A stretch of DNA of 64,000 bases from Macrostomum lignano (lineage: Eukaryota): NCBI GenBank assembly GCA_002269645.1, contig NIVC01002983.1:1-64000 (forward strand), read 5' to 3'. Under the pieces are notes generated by a model. It was not told the DNA's origin. It made no database searches and was given only the letters and a program-made list of their open reading frames with translations. Positions 11,860 to 25,699 of this stretch are shown one piece after another (within the stretch, counting starts at the first letter, position 1; each line of letters opens with the position of its first letter). A program made the translations under genes and the position numbers.

Positions 11860-12665
11860 GGTTAAGGATCAAGAGGGATTAGGATTTTGGGGATCAAGAC
11901 GAATTAGGGGTTGGGGATCAAGAGGGATTAGGATTTTGGGGATCAAGAGGGATTAGGAGTTGGGGATCAAGAGGGATTAGGATTTTGGGGATCAAGAGGG
12001 ATTAGGAGTTGGGGATCATGAGGTATTAGGAGTTGGGGATCATGAGGGATTAGGATTTTGGGAGTCAAGACGAATTAGGGGTTGTGGATCAAGAAGGATT
12101 AGGAGTTGGGGAGGGATTAGGAGTAGGGGATCAAGAGGGATTAGGATTTTGGGGATCAAGAGGGATTAGGATTTTGGGGATCAAGAGGGATTAGGAGTTG
12201 GGGATCAAGAGGGATTAGGATTTTGGGGATCAAGAGGGATTAGGAGTTGGGGATCATGAGGTATTAGGAGTTGGGGATCATGAGGTATTAGGAGTTGGGG
12301 ATCATGAGGTATTAGGAGTTGGGGATCATGAGGGATTAGGATTTTGGGAGTCAAGACGAATTAGGGGTTGTGGATCAAGAAGGATTAGGAGTTGGGGAGG
12401 GATTAGGAGTAGGGGATCAAGAGGGATTAGGAGTAGGGGATCAAGAGGGATTAAGAGTTGGGGATCAAGAGGGTTTAGGAGTTGGGGATCAAGAAGGATT
12501 AGTAGTTGGGATCAAGAGGGATTAGGAATTGGGGAGGGATTAGGAGTTGGGGAGGGATTAGGAGTAGGGGATCAAGAGGGATTAGGAGTAGGGGATCAAG
12601 AGTGATTAGGAGTAGGGGATCAAGAGGGATTAGTAGTTGGGGATCAAGAGGGATTAGGATAGATT
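11860..12665 (+). repeat. 24-25 bp G-rich minisatellite (~33 copies) in ZNRF intron 2
   Basis: Unit GGGATTAGGAGTTGGGGATCAAGA and variants. Confidence 0.93.
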
Positions 12666-12905
12666 AGGGATTGATCAAGGTAAATTAGGGATTGAGGATC
12701 AGTATCCAATTTAGGGATTAAGAGGGAATTTAAGTTAAAGATCGAATGCCATAGCAGCGACGGACTGTTTAAATATTTTAAACGGCCTCATAATAAAAGT
12801 CATTAGACTTTCTATTCTTGCTACTACATCAGTAGTACTTTTTGTAGATTTAGTTAAATCGTAATTCATTTAGGCTTCACAATCTTCCCCATCGCACAAC
12901 CGCAG

Positions 12906-12966
12906 GTGCATAGACGATTGGTTCAAGCGCAGTCGCACCTGCCCTCAGCACCCCGACGATACCTGA
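12906..12966 (+). CDS. ZNRF1/2: ZNRF1/2-like, last coding exon (RING completion)
   Basis: Acceptor CCGCAG at 12905. Phase-2 join gives G-CIDDWFKRSRTCPQHPDDT*, completing the RING-H2. Total CDS 867 nt = 288 aa plus stop. Confidence 0.93.
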
Positions 12967-13236
12967 GGCGTTGGTTAATCCGCGGATCTACACAAAAAAA
13001 CTTGTTGGTGTACACACGCGCGCAAAGTCTCTTAAGTTTCGCTTTAAAAACGAAAGGTTATTTTTCTGCTTTGGTGCTAACATGTTGTAAGTTAGTGTTT
13101 GAGTGTTAGTTATAATACTCTTGTTCTGTCTGTCAAGCTGCGATCTCGCTCATTTTTGTCTTTCATTCTTCCTTTCCCTTCATCTATATAACTGTTTCAC
13201 AGACTAAAAGCTTCAATGAAAGACAAGTGGCTTGTG

Positions 13237-13495
13237 TATGGCTGCGCGCTTCTGTCAGCTTGCGCGTATGGCTGCGCGCTTCTGTCAGCTTGCGCGTATG
13301 GCTGCGCGCTTCTGTCAGCTTGCGCGTATGGCTGCGCGCTTCTGTCAGTTTGCGCGTATGACTGCGCACTTCTGTCAGCTTGCGCGTATGGCTGCGCGCT
13401 TCTGTCAGCTTGCGCGTATGGCTGCGCGCTTCTGTCAGTTTGCGCGTATGACTGCGCGCTTCTGTCAGCTTGCGCTTACGATTGCGCGCTTCTTA
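13237..13495 (+). repeat. 30-bp CpG-rich minisatellite, ~8.5 copies
   Basis: Unit GTATGGCTGCGCGCTTCTGTCAGCTTGCGC, downstream of the ZNRF stop codon. Confidence 0.95.
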
Positions 13496-13782
13496 CTGGC
13501 GCTATTTAAGTAGCTGCGCGCTTATTGGGCAAGAAGGCCATGTTCCACCATATCTCTTCTGTCTTCTTTTCACTTCCATTGTGTCTCTTCTAGAGAACTT
13601 CTCAAATGGTTAATTATTCGTTGCTTATATTTAATACTTCTAGCTCCTGTGTGGGGTTATTGGCACAAAAAATTTTTTGTTTGTAATTTGTAAACATTTA
13701 ATAAGAGTTTTATTTGCATTTTAGTTGTTTTAATACCAAAATAATAAGCTCTAATTATTAATGTTTAATTATTTTATATTAC

Positions 13783-13788
13783 AATAAA
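13783..13788 (+). terminator. Candidate polyadenylation signal for ZNRF
   Basis: First canonical AATAAA noticed after the stop codon. The context is AT-rich, so it could be chance. Confidence 0.3.
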
Positions 13789-14356
13789 TCTGTCATTTAT
13801 TTGCCGCCTTAAAACCTTAGTTGCTAATCTTACGCCCGTAGAATGCACCCTTGTAAAGTAAAAATGAATATAATTATATCTGTACATTTCATTTATATAG
13901 TCATCCTTCATTGTGAAATGCAATTATTAAAACTGGGCCTATGTGGTCCGTCTGCAATCGGTCTGATCTCTGCTTGTCTCTGTTATCGCTTCATAGCATG
14001 GGCCCCGTCTTTCCCGCTTTGCATGCGTTCGACTTTTTTTTCTACAAAAAATATTGTAAAACAAACTTTGTCTAAATATGAGTTTTTTTTTAATGCCATG
14101 GGTCAGTTTATTAATGCTTTGGCTATCTTTTTTATTTTTGGTTTGCCTGTCAGTCCATAGATTATTATTTATTATTGCTATTAATTATTAAACAGTGGCA
14201 GTATATTAGCAATAAATTATATAAAGAATCTGTGCTTTATTATTTATTTGTCGAAGATTTGTCGAAGATAATTGAGCTTGATATCAAATTGCAAATATCA
14301 GAACGGTTTTTGATTTGTTTTATTGTTCTCTTTTGTTGCTTCTAGGACTCTTTCCT

Positions 14357-14358
14357 GC

Positions 14359-14398
<40 letters not shown>

Positions 14399-14416
14399 GG
14401 TCTGTCTGTCTGTCTA

Positions 14417-14457
<41 letters not shown>

Positions 14458-14505
14458 GTTTGTCTATCTATCTGTCTGTAAATGTGTCTGTCTGTCTGTC
14501 TGTCC
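14357..14505 (+). repeat. (TCTG)n microsatellite
   Basis: TCTG run with TCTA/TCGG variants. Confidence 0.97.
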
Positions 14506-14519
14506 GCCATAGTTCAGTC

Positions 14520-14810
14520 GGAGTGCCGGCTCAGTGGCTGTGCGTGACTCGGTTTGAACTGTCTCAATTTTTATTAAGGCTTCCAACGCCATTTAAGGCT
14601 ACGGGTCGGTGCCTATCTATCCTCAAGCCCTCTGGCTGCTGCTCCACTGCTTAGCCAATTAATCTGTTTGCCAATTGTTAGCAACCCGATACAGGGCCTG
14701 CTACCCTGTGTCTCCGCTTTTTTGGCTTGTAGCGAAATTGGTAATTTGAGCGATAGCGCTACTCGCATGCTCTGTGCGCAGCTGGAGGCAGGCGCTGTTC
14801 GAGTGGAGCT
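14520..14810 (-). mobile_element. Highly degenerate RTE-like LINE fragment
   Basis: Minus translation LEQRLPPAAH...QALYRVA loosely parallels LEQQLDAAH...ALYR.A in the other RTE fragments. Confidence 0.3.
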
Positions 14811-15011
14811 TTAGCTTGATGAAGAAGATAAAAAAATAATGAGATACAACGGTTCAAAGTAGTCAGGGAAAACCTAGCTTTTACGATATCAGAATTACAT
14901 GTAGTTCAATATGTCAAAATACTGCAGTACCGCTGTACAATGAAGGGATGCGAAATTCTAGATAGATTGATACATGTGACAGCAATAAATGTACATAGAT
15001 TGCAAGATGGA

Positions 15012-17672
15012 TGCTGTACATAGATGTGTAGATAATTTACTGTGCAGATGATAGTGTACATAGATGTGCAGATGCATAGTGTACATAGATGTGCAGATGC
15101 ATAGTGTACATAGATGTGCAGATGCATAGTGTACATAGATGTGCAGATGATAGTGTACATAGATGTGCAGATGCATAGTGTACATAGATGTGCAGATGCA
15201 TAGTGTACGTAGATGTGCAGATGCATAGTGTACATAGATGTGCAGATGCATAGTGTACATAGATGTGCAGATGATAGTGTACATAGATGTGCAGATGCAT
15301 AGTGTACATAGATGTGCAGATGCATAGTGTACATAGATGTGCAGATGATAGTGTACATAGATGTGCAGATGCATAGTGTACATAGATGCGCAGATGATAG
15401 TGTACATAGATGTGCAGATGATAGTGTACATAGATGTGCAGATGCATAGTGTACATAGATGTGCAGATGATAGTGTACATAGATGTGCAGATGCATAGTG
15501 TACATAGATGCGCAGATGATAGTGTACATAGATGTGCAGATGATAGTGTACATAGATGTGCAGATGCATAGTGTACATAGATGTGCAGATGATAGTGTAC
15601 ATAGATGTGCAGATGCATAGTGTACATAGATGCGCAGATGATAGTGTACATAGATGTGCAGATGATAGTGTACATAGATGTGCAGATGCATAGTGTACAT
15701 AGATGTGCAGATGCATAGTGTACATAGATGCGCAGATGATAGTTTACATAGATGTGCAGATGATAGTGTACATAGATGTGCAGATGCATAGTGTACATAG
15801 ATGTGCAGATGCATAGTGTACATAGATGCGCAGATGATAGTTTACATAGATGTGCAGATGCATAGTGTACATAGATGTGCAGATGCATAGTGTACGTAGA
15901 TGTGCAGATGCATAGTGTACATAGATGTGCAGATGCATAGTGTACATAGATGTGCAGATGATAGTGTACATAGATGTGCAGATGCATAGTGTACATAGAT
16001 GTGCAGATGCATAGTGTACATAGATGTGCAGATGCATAGTGTACATAGATGTGCAGATGATAGTGTACATAGATGTGCAGATGCATAGTGTACATAGATG
16101 CGCAGATGATAGTGTACATAGATGTGCAGATGATAGTGTACATAGATGTGCAGATGCATAGTGTACATAGATGTGCAGATGCATAGTGTACATAGATGTG
16201 CAGATGCATAGTGTACATAGATGTGCAGATGATAGTGTACATAGATGTGCAGATGCATAGTGTACATAGATGCGCAGATGATAGTGTACATAGATGTGCA
16301 GATGCATAGTGTACATAGATGTGCAGATGCATAGTGTACATAGATGCGCAGATGATAGTGTACATAGATGTGCAGATGATAGTGTACATAGATGTGCAGA
16401 TGCATAGTGTACATAGATGTGCAGATGATAGTGTACATAGATGTGCAGATGCATAGTGTACATAGATGCGCAGATGATAGTGTACATAGATGTGCAGATG
16501 ATAGTGTACATAGATGTGCAGATGCATAGTGTACATAGATGTGCAGATGCATAGTGTACATAGATGCGCAGATGATAGTTTACATAGATGTGCAGATGAT
16601 AGTGTACATAGATGTGCAGATGCATAGTGTACATAGATGTGCAGATGCATAGTGTACATAGATGCGCAGATGATAGTTTACATAGATGTGCAGATGCATA
16701 GTGTACATAGATGTGCAGATGCATAGTGTACGTAGATGTGCAGATGCATAGTGTACATAGATGTGCAGATGCATAGTGTACATAGATGTGCAGATGATAG
16801 TGTACATAGATGTGCAGATGCATAGTGTACATAGATGTGCAGATGCATAGTGTACATAGATGTGCAGATGATAGTGTACATAGATGTGCAGATGCATAGT
16901 GTACATAGATGCGCAGATGATAGTGTACATAGATGTGCAGATGATAGTGTACATAGATGTGCAGATGCATAGTGTACATAGATGTGCAGATGCATAGTGT
17001 ACATAGATGTGCAGATGCATAGTGTACATAGATGTGCAGATGATAGTGTACATAGATGTGCAGATGCATAGTGTACATAGATGCGCAGATGATAGTGTAC
17101 ATAGATGTGCAGATGCATAGTGTACATAGATGTGCAGATGCATAGTGTACATAGATGCGCAGATGATAGTGTACATAGATGTGCAGATGATAGTGTACAT
17201 AGATGTGCAGATGCATAGTGTACATAGATGTGCAGATGATAGTGTACATAGATGTGCAGATGCATAGTGTACATAGATGCGCAGATGATAGTGTACATAG
17301 ATGTGCAGATGATAGTGTACATAGATGTGCAGATGCATAGTGTACATAGATGTGCAGATGCATAGCGTACATAGATGCGCAGATGATAGTTTACATAGAT
17401 GTGCAGATGATAGTGTACATATATGTGCAGATGCATAGTGTACATAGATGTGCAGATGCATAGTGTACATAGATGCGCAGATGATAATGTACATAGATGC
17501 GCAGATGATAGTTTACATAGATGTGCAGATGATAGTTTACATAGATGTGCAGATGCATAGTGTACATAGATGTGCAGATGATAGTTTACATAGATGTACA
17601 GATGATAGTTTACATAGATGTGCAGATGGTTAGTGTACATAGATGTGCAGATGCATAGTGTACATAGATGCG
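15012..17672 (+). repeat. Satellite of interleaved 25-bp and 24-bp units, ~108 copies
   Basis: Unit A GTGTACATAGATGTGCAGATGCATA and unit B GTGTACATAGATGTGCAGATGATA, with GCGC/TTTAC/ACGT variants. Confidence 0.98.
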
Positions 17673-17944
17673 CCGATAATGAGGATAAATGATGAGTACA
17701 TCGCATAAGACAAAATTACAATAGCTAAGTAGCCTTGTGTGGGACATGGTGGGCCAACAAAGTTTATATAGAAAAAACATAAAAAAAGAAAGTTTCTGCA
17801 ATGTACTTTCTACTCAAAGCGCAAACGAACAATTGGCTGTCAAAAAATGATTTCACAAAACAAGGACCAATGTAAAATCAGGAACTTGCAAAACGCATTA
17901 TGAGGAAAGGTACATGTATATATCACTTTTCTATATCATGATAT

Positions 17945-18290
17945 CAATCTCTATATCAGTCTCTATCAGTCTCTATCAATCTCCATCAGTCTCTTTCAAT
18001 CTCTACCAGTCTCTATCAGTCTCTATCAGTCTTTATCAATCTCCATCAGTCTCTTTCAATCTCTACCAGTCTCTATCAGTCGCTATCAATCTCCATCAGT
18101 CTCTTTCAATCTCTACCAGTCTCTATCAATCTCTACCAGTCTCTATCAGTCTCTATCAGTCTCTTTCAATCTCTACCAGTCTCTATCAATCTCTACCAGT
18201 CTCTATCAGTCTATATCACTCTCTATCACTCTCTATCACTCTCTATCACTCTCTATCAATCTCTATAGCAATCTATATCAGTCTCTCTGT
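17945..18290 (+). repeat. 10-bp degenerate tandem repeat
   Basis: CTCTATCA(G/A/C)T units. Confidence 0.9.
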
Positions 18291-19580
18291 CAATCTTGAT
18301 CTTTCTGGCAGTATCACTTATCTCTCTCTCTCTCTTTACATCTGTTCCCATATCTCCTTGTCAACTAATCAAACTCTTTCCCCATTTATCTGAAAATTCG
18401 CGCGCATCCTAGCAGACCAAGTGTTCATCAATAATTCTGTGCGGGGCTGTCACCAATCAATCATCCAGCACATGTGTGCTAACTGTGTTGCACAAATAAA
18501 CATGCAGTTCACATCCGTCTCAAACGAAAACCTTTTACACTGCATGCGTCCAGCTCAGGCCAACAGAAGTTGCTGAAGTCTGAGGACTCGAAATTTACAG
18601 ATTGCTGAAATTTGACAATTTAATAGAAGTTTTGAAATCCATATACTAAAAATGAATGAAATATGAATTAGAGGAAATATGGAACTTTATTCCAATTTAA
18701 GTAGTAACCAGGCATCCGAAGCTAATCTCTTTCCATGCCATCTCTCACTTTGGTGTAAATAAAAGCAAACTGTACAGCTATATTAGACCGCAAATAGCCA
18801 CGATAGCCACCCTTTCTATCCTCGCACCAGTGTATAAGCTGTTTCATTGTGACTGGATATTCTCCGGTTGCCACGGTGACAGACTCTGCGCAATTGGAGT
18901 CTGCAGGGGGGTTGGGGGTATGTGGGATAGGACACTGAGCTGCTTGGCGTATGAGAGCAGCAGCCACTTTGTCTCTCTTCTATCGCGGTTCCTCTCCTCA
19001 GCCTCCCCCTCGTCATCTATTTCTATCTGTAATTTCCCGCTCTGCCCCCCATCCGTAATTCCTAGAAACCGCGGCTTGCATCGAGGGAACTGGGAGGGGT
19101 AAATCGGGGACAGAGAGAGAGAGAGAGGCACAGAGACTGCAGGGCATCCTATTGGCCTGGGGGAGAAGGGGCGGGTGTGAGAGACGCGAATTCACCGCCT
19201 TGACCGCTCAGCAGCAGACCAGCTACGCCAAACAGCAGCTACTCTCTCCCCCTCACCCCAGCGCCCCTCCCCGGCAACCGTTAAAGTCCCAGCTGGCAGC
19301 TCAGCTTATAATTTTCTCTTCCCTCCCCTCCCACTGTGCCCTCCCCATCCCCATTCCAAAGACGGTCATCCCAGATTAGGATTCTCCGGGGCTTAACAGC
19401 GGCTGGAGTCTCTGAGATCCGTCACTCAAAGTGTCCACTCGTCTCTCTCTCTCGCTCTATCTGGCAGCTGCCTCGGCTCCAGCGACCACCCGGCTGGGGC
19501 CCAATCTCGCCTAGCCCCGTTCCTCCAGCAGTTTGTCCTGCCAGAGGTACCGCACCGCCCCGTCCCGCCAGCCGCCGCCG

Positions 19581-20667
19581 ATGGGTCAGAAGCAGCCACG
19601 TTCGGCGGCCGCGGCAGCGGCGGCGGCTGCCAACAGCGGCGGCTTTGAAGGCAACTCGGCCAGGGAGAAACGAGGCGCGTTCCGTTCGGGGAAGCTGCAC
19701 TTCTCCATGGGCGACGAGCCGGCCACGTCCCATGTCTACTCTGGCATCGAGGTTGGCGACGGAGGCGGCGGCGGCGGCGGCGGCAGTCGGCCAATCGGCA
19801 CGGCAGCTCCCATGCGAGTCCAGAGACCGGGCCTCGAGCGGACCTACTCGCTGGATCATCCCAGCTGCGAGCCGGGCAGAGGCGGCGGCAACATCGGGGG
19901 CAGCGCTGGCGAAGACGACTACTACTATTACCAGCACTATCGGCATCATCAGCAGCAGCTGCAGCCGCCGCCACCGTCGCCGCTTAGTCAGTCGCCGACG
20001 CACGGGCCGCCGCCGACACAGCCGGCGCAGTGCTCGCAACCTCTGCCAGCCTATCCAATTCCAGATCAGCAGCAGCCAGTTCAACCAGTTCATCCAACTA
20101 ACCAGCATCCTTATCAGCCCCGGCACCAGTCTCCGCGGCGTCGGCTGCCCTACAAAATGTCTCCGACGCCTAGCGAGCAGGAGTTCGCCGACATGCACGA
20201 GCCGCCATCGCTTGGCATCCAGCAGCAGCAGCAGCCACCCGGCCTCCACCTGCTGTCTCCGCGGACTGGCGCCGCCTCCTCGCGCGAGTCCTCGCATCTC
20301 ACCCTGACGCCGCAGTCAACTCCGCCTGGTCCGCCGCTGCGCCGCGCCGTGCTGGTGAAGGCCAACACCATCGACCAGCCGGCGAACCGGCAGGCGCAGG
20401 CGGACTTTCCACACGACAGCCGACGGAAATTTTCCGACACTCACGTGCTGCGCACGACGCCGCAGCTATTGCCGCCGCCGCCGCCTCAGCACGCGTCGCC
20501 TCAGCCGTACCAACACTACCAGCAGCAACTCCAGCATCAGAAGCAGTCGCAGTATCAGCTGTCCCAGCAGCAGGATCCGTTGAATCCGGCTGTTTTGGCC
20601 CGTCAGAGCCTCGTTGCGGCACTGCTGACAGCCAGCGAACAAACGCCGCCAAAGCCGCGTCGGTCTA

Positions 20668-20703
<36 letters not shown>

Positions 20704-21564
20704 GATCGCCCTCGCCCAAACTGTCGCCGTACAACCTCAGCCCTCGCAGTCTCTCTCCGGCCCACCACCGCGGTCACAGCGGCGGCGGCGGCGGCGGCGG
20801 CGCTCCTTTGTCGCCCTTCGGCGGAAATTCCTCTGTCGGTGGTGGAGGCGCCGGCGGGTTCTGTCTGCCTCGGACCAGCTTGGAGACGCTGGGCTCGCTG
20901 CCGCGGATCACCATCAGTCCACACGTGCCAGAAGCTGAGGAAGAAAACAAAGGTGATGAAGCTACCACTGAGCAGCAGCTTCAGCCCTACAGATTGGACG
21001 GCGTCCGCAGCGAGCTGGCGAGTCCCGTCGGGCTGCTGTCGGATCCGAGTCACTCCAAGTCCGACACGTCGCTCGTGTCGATGCGTTTCTCCGTCGGAGA
21101 AACGGCGGCCGGCGGGACAGCCGACGGCAACGCGGCGAAATTAACCGGCGCTCCATACGCAACAAGTAGCTCCTCCATGACCCGCTCCTGGTCCTCCATG
21201 GAGGATCTGAGCGGCCATGCATCATCGGCTGTCCGCAGTCAGCCGCACCGACGACCCGTCGATGCCGGGACGATGGCTGGAGAAGCTTCCAGCTCGGCAG
21301 CAACGCTGCTGACAATTCCTCAGGACGTTGCCTCGGCCGCCGCCGCCGCCGCCGCCAGCGCTGCAGCCGAGGGTTCACCCGACAACGCCGACAACCTGTA
21401 CCCGACCTCGCGATCGCGCAGCATCCTCCGAGCTCAGACTGTTGACGACGCCGATTCCGAGTTCGTCAGTCGACGACCGCAGCGCGCTTCCCTAGTCGAT
21501 TTTGTCACCTGGCCGCATTTCATCCCGGATACGGTCAACCCGCAGGTCGGGGGCACTTTTCAAG
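19581..21564 (+). CDS. FMN1/2: FMN/Cappuccino-family formin, exon 1 (low-complexity N-terminus, start of DEP-like domain)
   Basis: Part of the 692-aa ORF. First ATG at 19581 (MGQKQ; compare MGNQ.. in FMN2). Donor CAAG|GTAGGG at 21565 (phase 1) joins exon 2 to give GTFQGQSLLSWL, a DEP-type motif. Confidence 0.75.
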
Positions 21565-22148
21565 GTAGGGGACTCTTGGCGAGATTTTTGAAGAACAACA
21601 ACTCTAAATGATCTTAGAACCGACCTTGATTCGAAATTTCATTTCAATCGACTCAATTTTACTCGCAGTGTGTGTGCTATTACACATTTTTTCTTTCCTA
21701 ATTTCGTCTACCCCCCACCCCCTCCCCCCTATAATGCTTCTCGAGCAGCTCAGCCTGCTTCAACTCTTGAGTGCCAGAGTACCATAGTGGGGATGATTGC
21801 AAGCCTTGGATGAGAGTGTGTGGGGGAGAAGAGGATGAAGGCGTGGGATTGGGAGTTGCAATTCGGGCATTTCTATGGGTTGTGGAATGGGCAGAGCAAC
21901 TGCTCAGTGCGAGCACAGTAAGTATTTTGCGCTGGCAATCTCTCGCTTCTCTCTCTGCCTCTCTCTGGGATCGGCAATCTCTGTGCAACTCGTTACAGCA
22001 TGTTTGCACACAAGTTGTTCAGCCCAGTGCCATCGCCTGGGTCTGATCGATCTTCTTGCTGCCTATCGGGCGCGTTGGAGCTGAAGCAATTTCCCTTAGT
22101 AGCAACTGTTTGAGAGCTATAGGGACTGCGGTGTCTGCCTGCCTGTCT

Positions 22149-22648
<500 letters not shown>

Positions 22649-23770
22649 CACCAGAAGAGAAGTAACGCTATGAAGCAGTGTTCCAAGCTCCTGTCCTGCG
22701 CTTCCCCTTCTTTTTTCCCTCCAATCCTTTCCCTTCCAGTTTGCTCAAACTCAAACCAAACCGAAGCTGTCTTCCTACCCAGCCTCTCTATCACACATTT
22801 GCCCTCTTTTTATTTGGCAAGAAGAAACTCATTGCTTTCTTACCCCACCCTCCCTTCTCATCCAAGTCGCGGCAATGTAGCGCAGGTGGCAGCTGTGTTG
22901 GAGAACTGGCGCCCCAGCCGTACAACTCTCCCCCCGCAGGAAAAAAAGATGAAGGAAGAAATCCTTTTAGAGGAAGTTTCAGAAGCAAACAGATAGCTGA
23001 GGCGACGCGAGACAGGACGCGGAGCTGGGGAGAGTCAAAGTTGCGGAAAACACAAGACAAATTTGCTCCAAAAGGAATGAAGAAATTGGGAAAATGAAAC
23101 AGGAGAGGAGAAGACGGGAGAGCGACGGGGCCAGGCGTTCCCCGCCCCAAGCCAGTTGCACCTGGGAGGAGAGACACGCGACTACAGTATATTCTCACAC
23201 TACAGGTAGCTTTCAAATGCACTTTTCTGTCGGATACAAGTACAGCACTGCCATCGCTGGCTGCTTTCTTGAGCGAAATTTTCACTGACACAACTTCAGG
23301 TTAAGTACAATTGGTCCTGGTTAGTAAGTCAGTACGTTACGTGGCGAGTAAATGAAAAAAAACATGGATAAACATGATAAACAGGATGACCTTCAAAAGT
23401 TGTGACCTTGGCTTGACACAGCAAAACACACGCTAATGCTTCCTGACTACAACTTGATGTACTTACTCATACTTGGATTTGAACTGCAAATATTTATATA
23501 ATTCTGTTGTTTCGAAATCAAAATTAAAATTGTTGATGCTATATATACGTTTACGTGATGATATTATAATCGTAAAAGTTAAGATTAGGCTCAGACTGTG
23601 GGAAAAAGACACTTTTCCCAAATTAGGCAGATTAATCGTTAGGAATTTAAAATAGACAAAAATTGTAAGAAAAAGTTTCTGATAAAAGAATTACAAATTT
23701 TTAAATAATGATTTAGTAGTTTTTGAGGAGACGCGAAAAATATACGATGACGTCATCTTTGCTTCGGATT

Positions 23771-23810
23771 TAGTATATTAGACTAGCAATTTAAGCCCCC
23801 CGTTGGGGAC
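23771..23810 (-). mobile_element. Helitron-type 3' end (hairpin + CTAG) joined to a TC 5' end
   Basis: Minus strand reads GTCCCCAACGGGGGGC-TTAAATTG-CTAG|TCTAATATACTAAATC. Confidence 0.6.
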
Positions 23811-24061
23811 GCAAGAATGACGCCAAGTGGTTTTTATTTTGGCCTATGAGTAACAACCTTACTAATTATTCAAAATCCATTAATCAGAACTTACTTTTTC
23901 TCATTTTTGGCAAAAATAAATTGCCATGAATCAAAACCTTCAGCAAATAGTACTTATCCTTTCAAGCACAAACTCTTAGGGCATATCGTCATTGGCCTGG
24001 GCGTATTCTGGTCCGCAGCAGGAGCTCAATATGCCATAAGCCTTGATGACATCTCAATAAT

Positions 24062-25100
24062 TTCCCCAGTAAGCCTTGACATCTCAGCGATTCCTCCCAG
24101 TAAGCCTTGACAATTCAGCAATTCCCCCCAGTAAACCTTGACAATTCAGCGATTCCTCCCAGTAAGCCTTGACATCTCAGCAATTCCCCCCAGTAAGCCT
24201 TGAAACCTCAGTAATTCCCCAGTAAGTCTCGAATTTCAGTAATTCTTCCAGTAAGTCTTGAAGTCTAAGCAATTCCCCCAGTAAGCCTTGACAACTCAGC
24301 AATTCCCCCCAGTAAGCCTTGAAATCTCAGTAATTCCTCCAGTAAGTCTTGACTTCTCACAATTCCCCCAGTAGGCCTTGACAACTCAGCAATTCCCCCA
24401 AGTAAGCCTTCACATCTCAGCAATTCCCCCAGTAAGCCTTGACAACTCAGCAATTCCGCCAGTAAACCTTGAAATCTCAGAAATTCCCCCAGTAAGCCTT
24501 GAAGTCTCAGCAATTCCCCCAAGTAAGCCTTGACAACTCAGCAATTCCCCCAAGTAAGCCTTCACATCTCAGCAATTCCCCCAGTAAGCCTTGACAACTC
24601 AGCAATTCCCCCAGTAAACCTTGAAATCTCAGAAATTCCCCCAGTAAGCCTTGAAGTCTCAGCAATTCCCCAGTAAGCCTTGACTTCTCACAATTCCCCC
24701 AGTAGGCCTTGATGACATCTCAGCAATTTCCCCAGTAAGCCTTGACATCGCAGCAACGCGAAGTCGAGCCTTGGCATCTACGCAATTCTCCCAGCCCAGT
24801 AAGCCTTGATATCGCAGAAATCCCCCCAGTAAGCCTCGACATCGCAGCAATTACCCCATTAAGCCTTGAAATCGCAGAAATCACCCCGTAAGCCTTGACA
24901 TTGCAGCAATTAAACTCGAGCCTTGGCATCTACGCAATTCTCCCAGTCCAGTAAGCCTCGAGATCGCAGCAATTACCCCAGTAAGCCTTGACATCTCAGC
25001 AATTCCCCCAGTTAGCCTTGAAATCTCAGCAATTCCCCCAGTAAGCCTCGAGATCGCAGCAATTACCCCAGTAAGCCTTGAAATCTCAACAATTCCCCCA
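24062..25100 (+). repeat. ~30-bp minisatellite, ~35 copies, formin intron 1
   Basis: Unit CCCAGTAAGCCTTGACATCTCAGCAATTCC with variants. Confidence 0.95.
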
Positions 25101-25699
25101 GAAAGCCAGATAAATTTGCTGCTTCAATGCAGACTCGAACTGCCGACCAGCTGCTTAGCCTATGCCTGTTATTGCTTGTCTACAGTAATTCAGTCATTCT
25201 TGGAATTAGCTATCCCTTCTAATCCCGCAAAAACAGACTGCAGTCATACTATTAACAGCCTGCAGTTATCCACTTTGCCGTCTACAGCTTTCATTAACAT
25301 CAGCAAACTACAATAATTCACTCAGCAGTCTGCAGTTATCCCCTCAACAACTTGCACTTAATCATTCACAGTTATTATCCACTTAAACTCTGTAGATAGT
25401 TATCCCATCGGCAGTTTGCAGCTATACACTCATAAGTCTGGAGGAACTACCTCAGCAGTTTTTCGTTTTTCAACTTTGCAGTCTAAATGAATGATCCCTT
25501 CGACAATCTGCAGTTCTCCTCAGCAATCTGCGGTCATTCCATTTGCAGTCTACAACAATTCTCATTTATCCCCTCAGCAGTCTGCAGTTTTCCTCTTTGC
25601 TGGCCCCTCAGTGTCCTCAGGAAGCTGCAGTGATGCTTTCAATAATTGTACGGCTCATTATATAATCAATTTTCGATAGATATTGGCAGTCTTTTGCAC

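Noticed and set aside
11860-12665. Interstitial telomeric repeat
   Set aside because: It contains GATTAGG within a 24-bp unit but no true (TTAGGG)n run.
14906-17706. Multiple 240-540 aa His/Cys-rich ORFs on the minus strand
   Set aside because: By-products of the stop-poor 24/25-bp satellite, open in shifting frames, with no splice or domain support.
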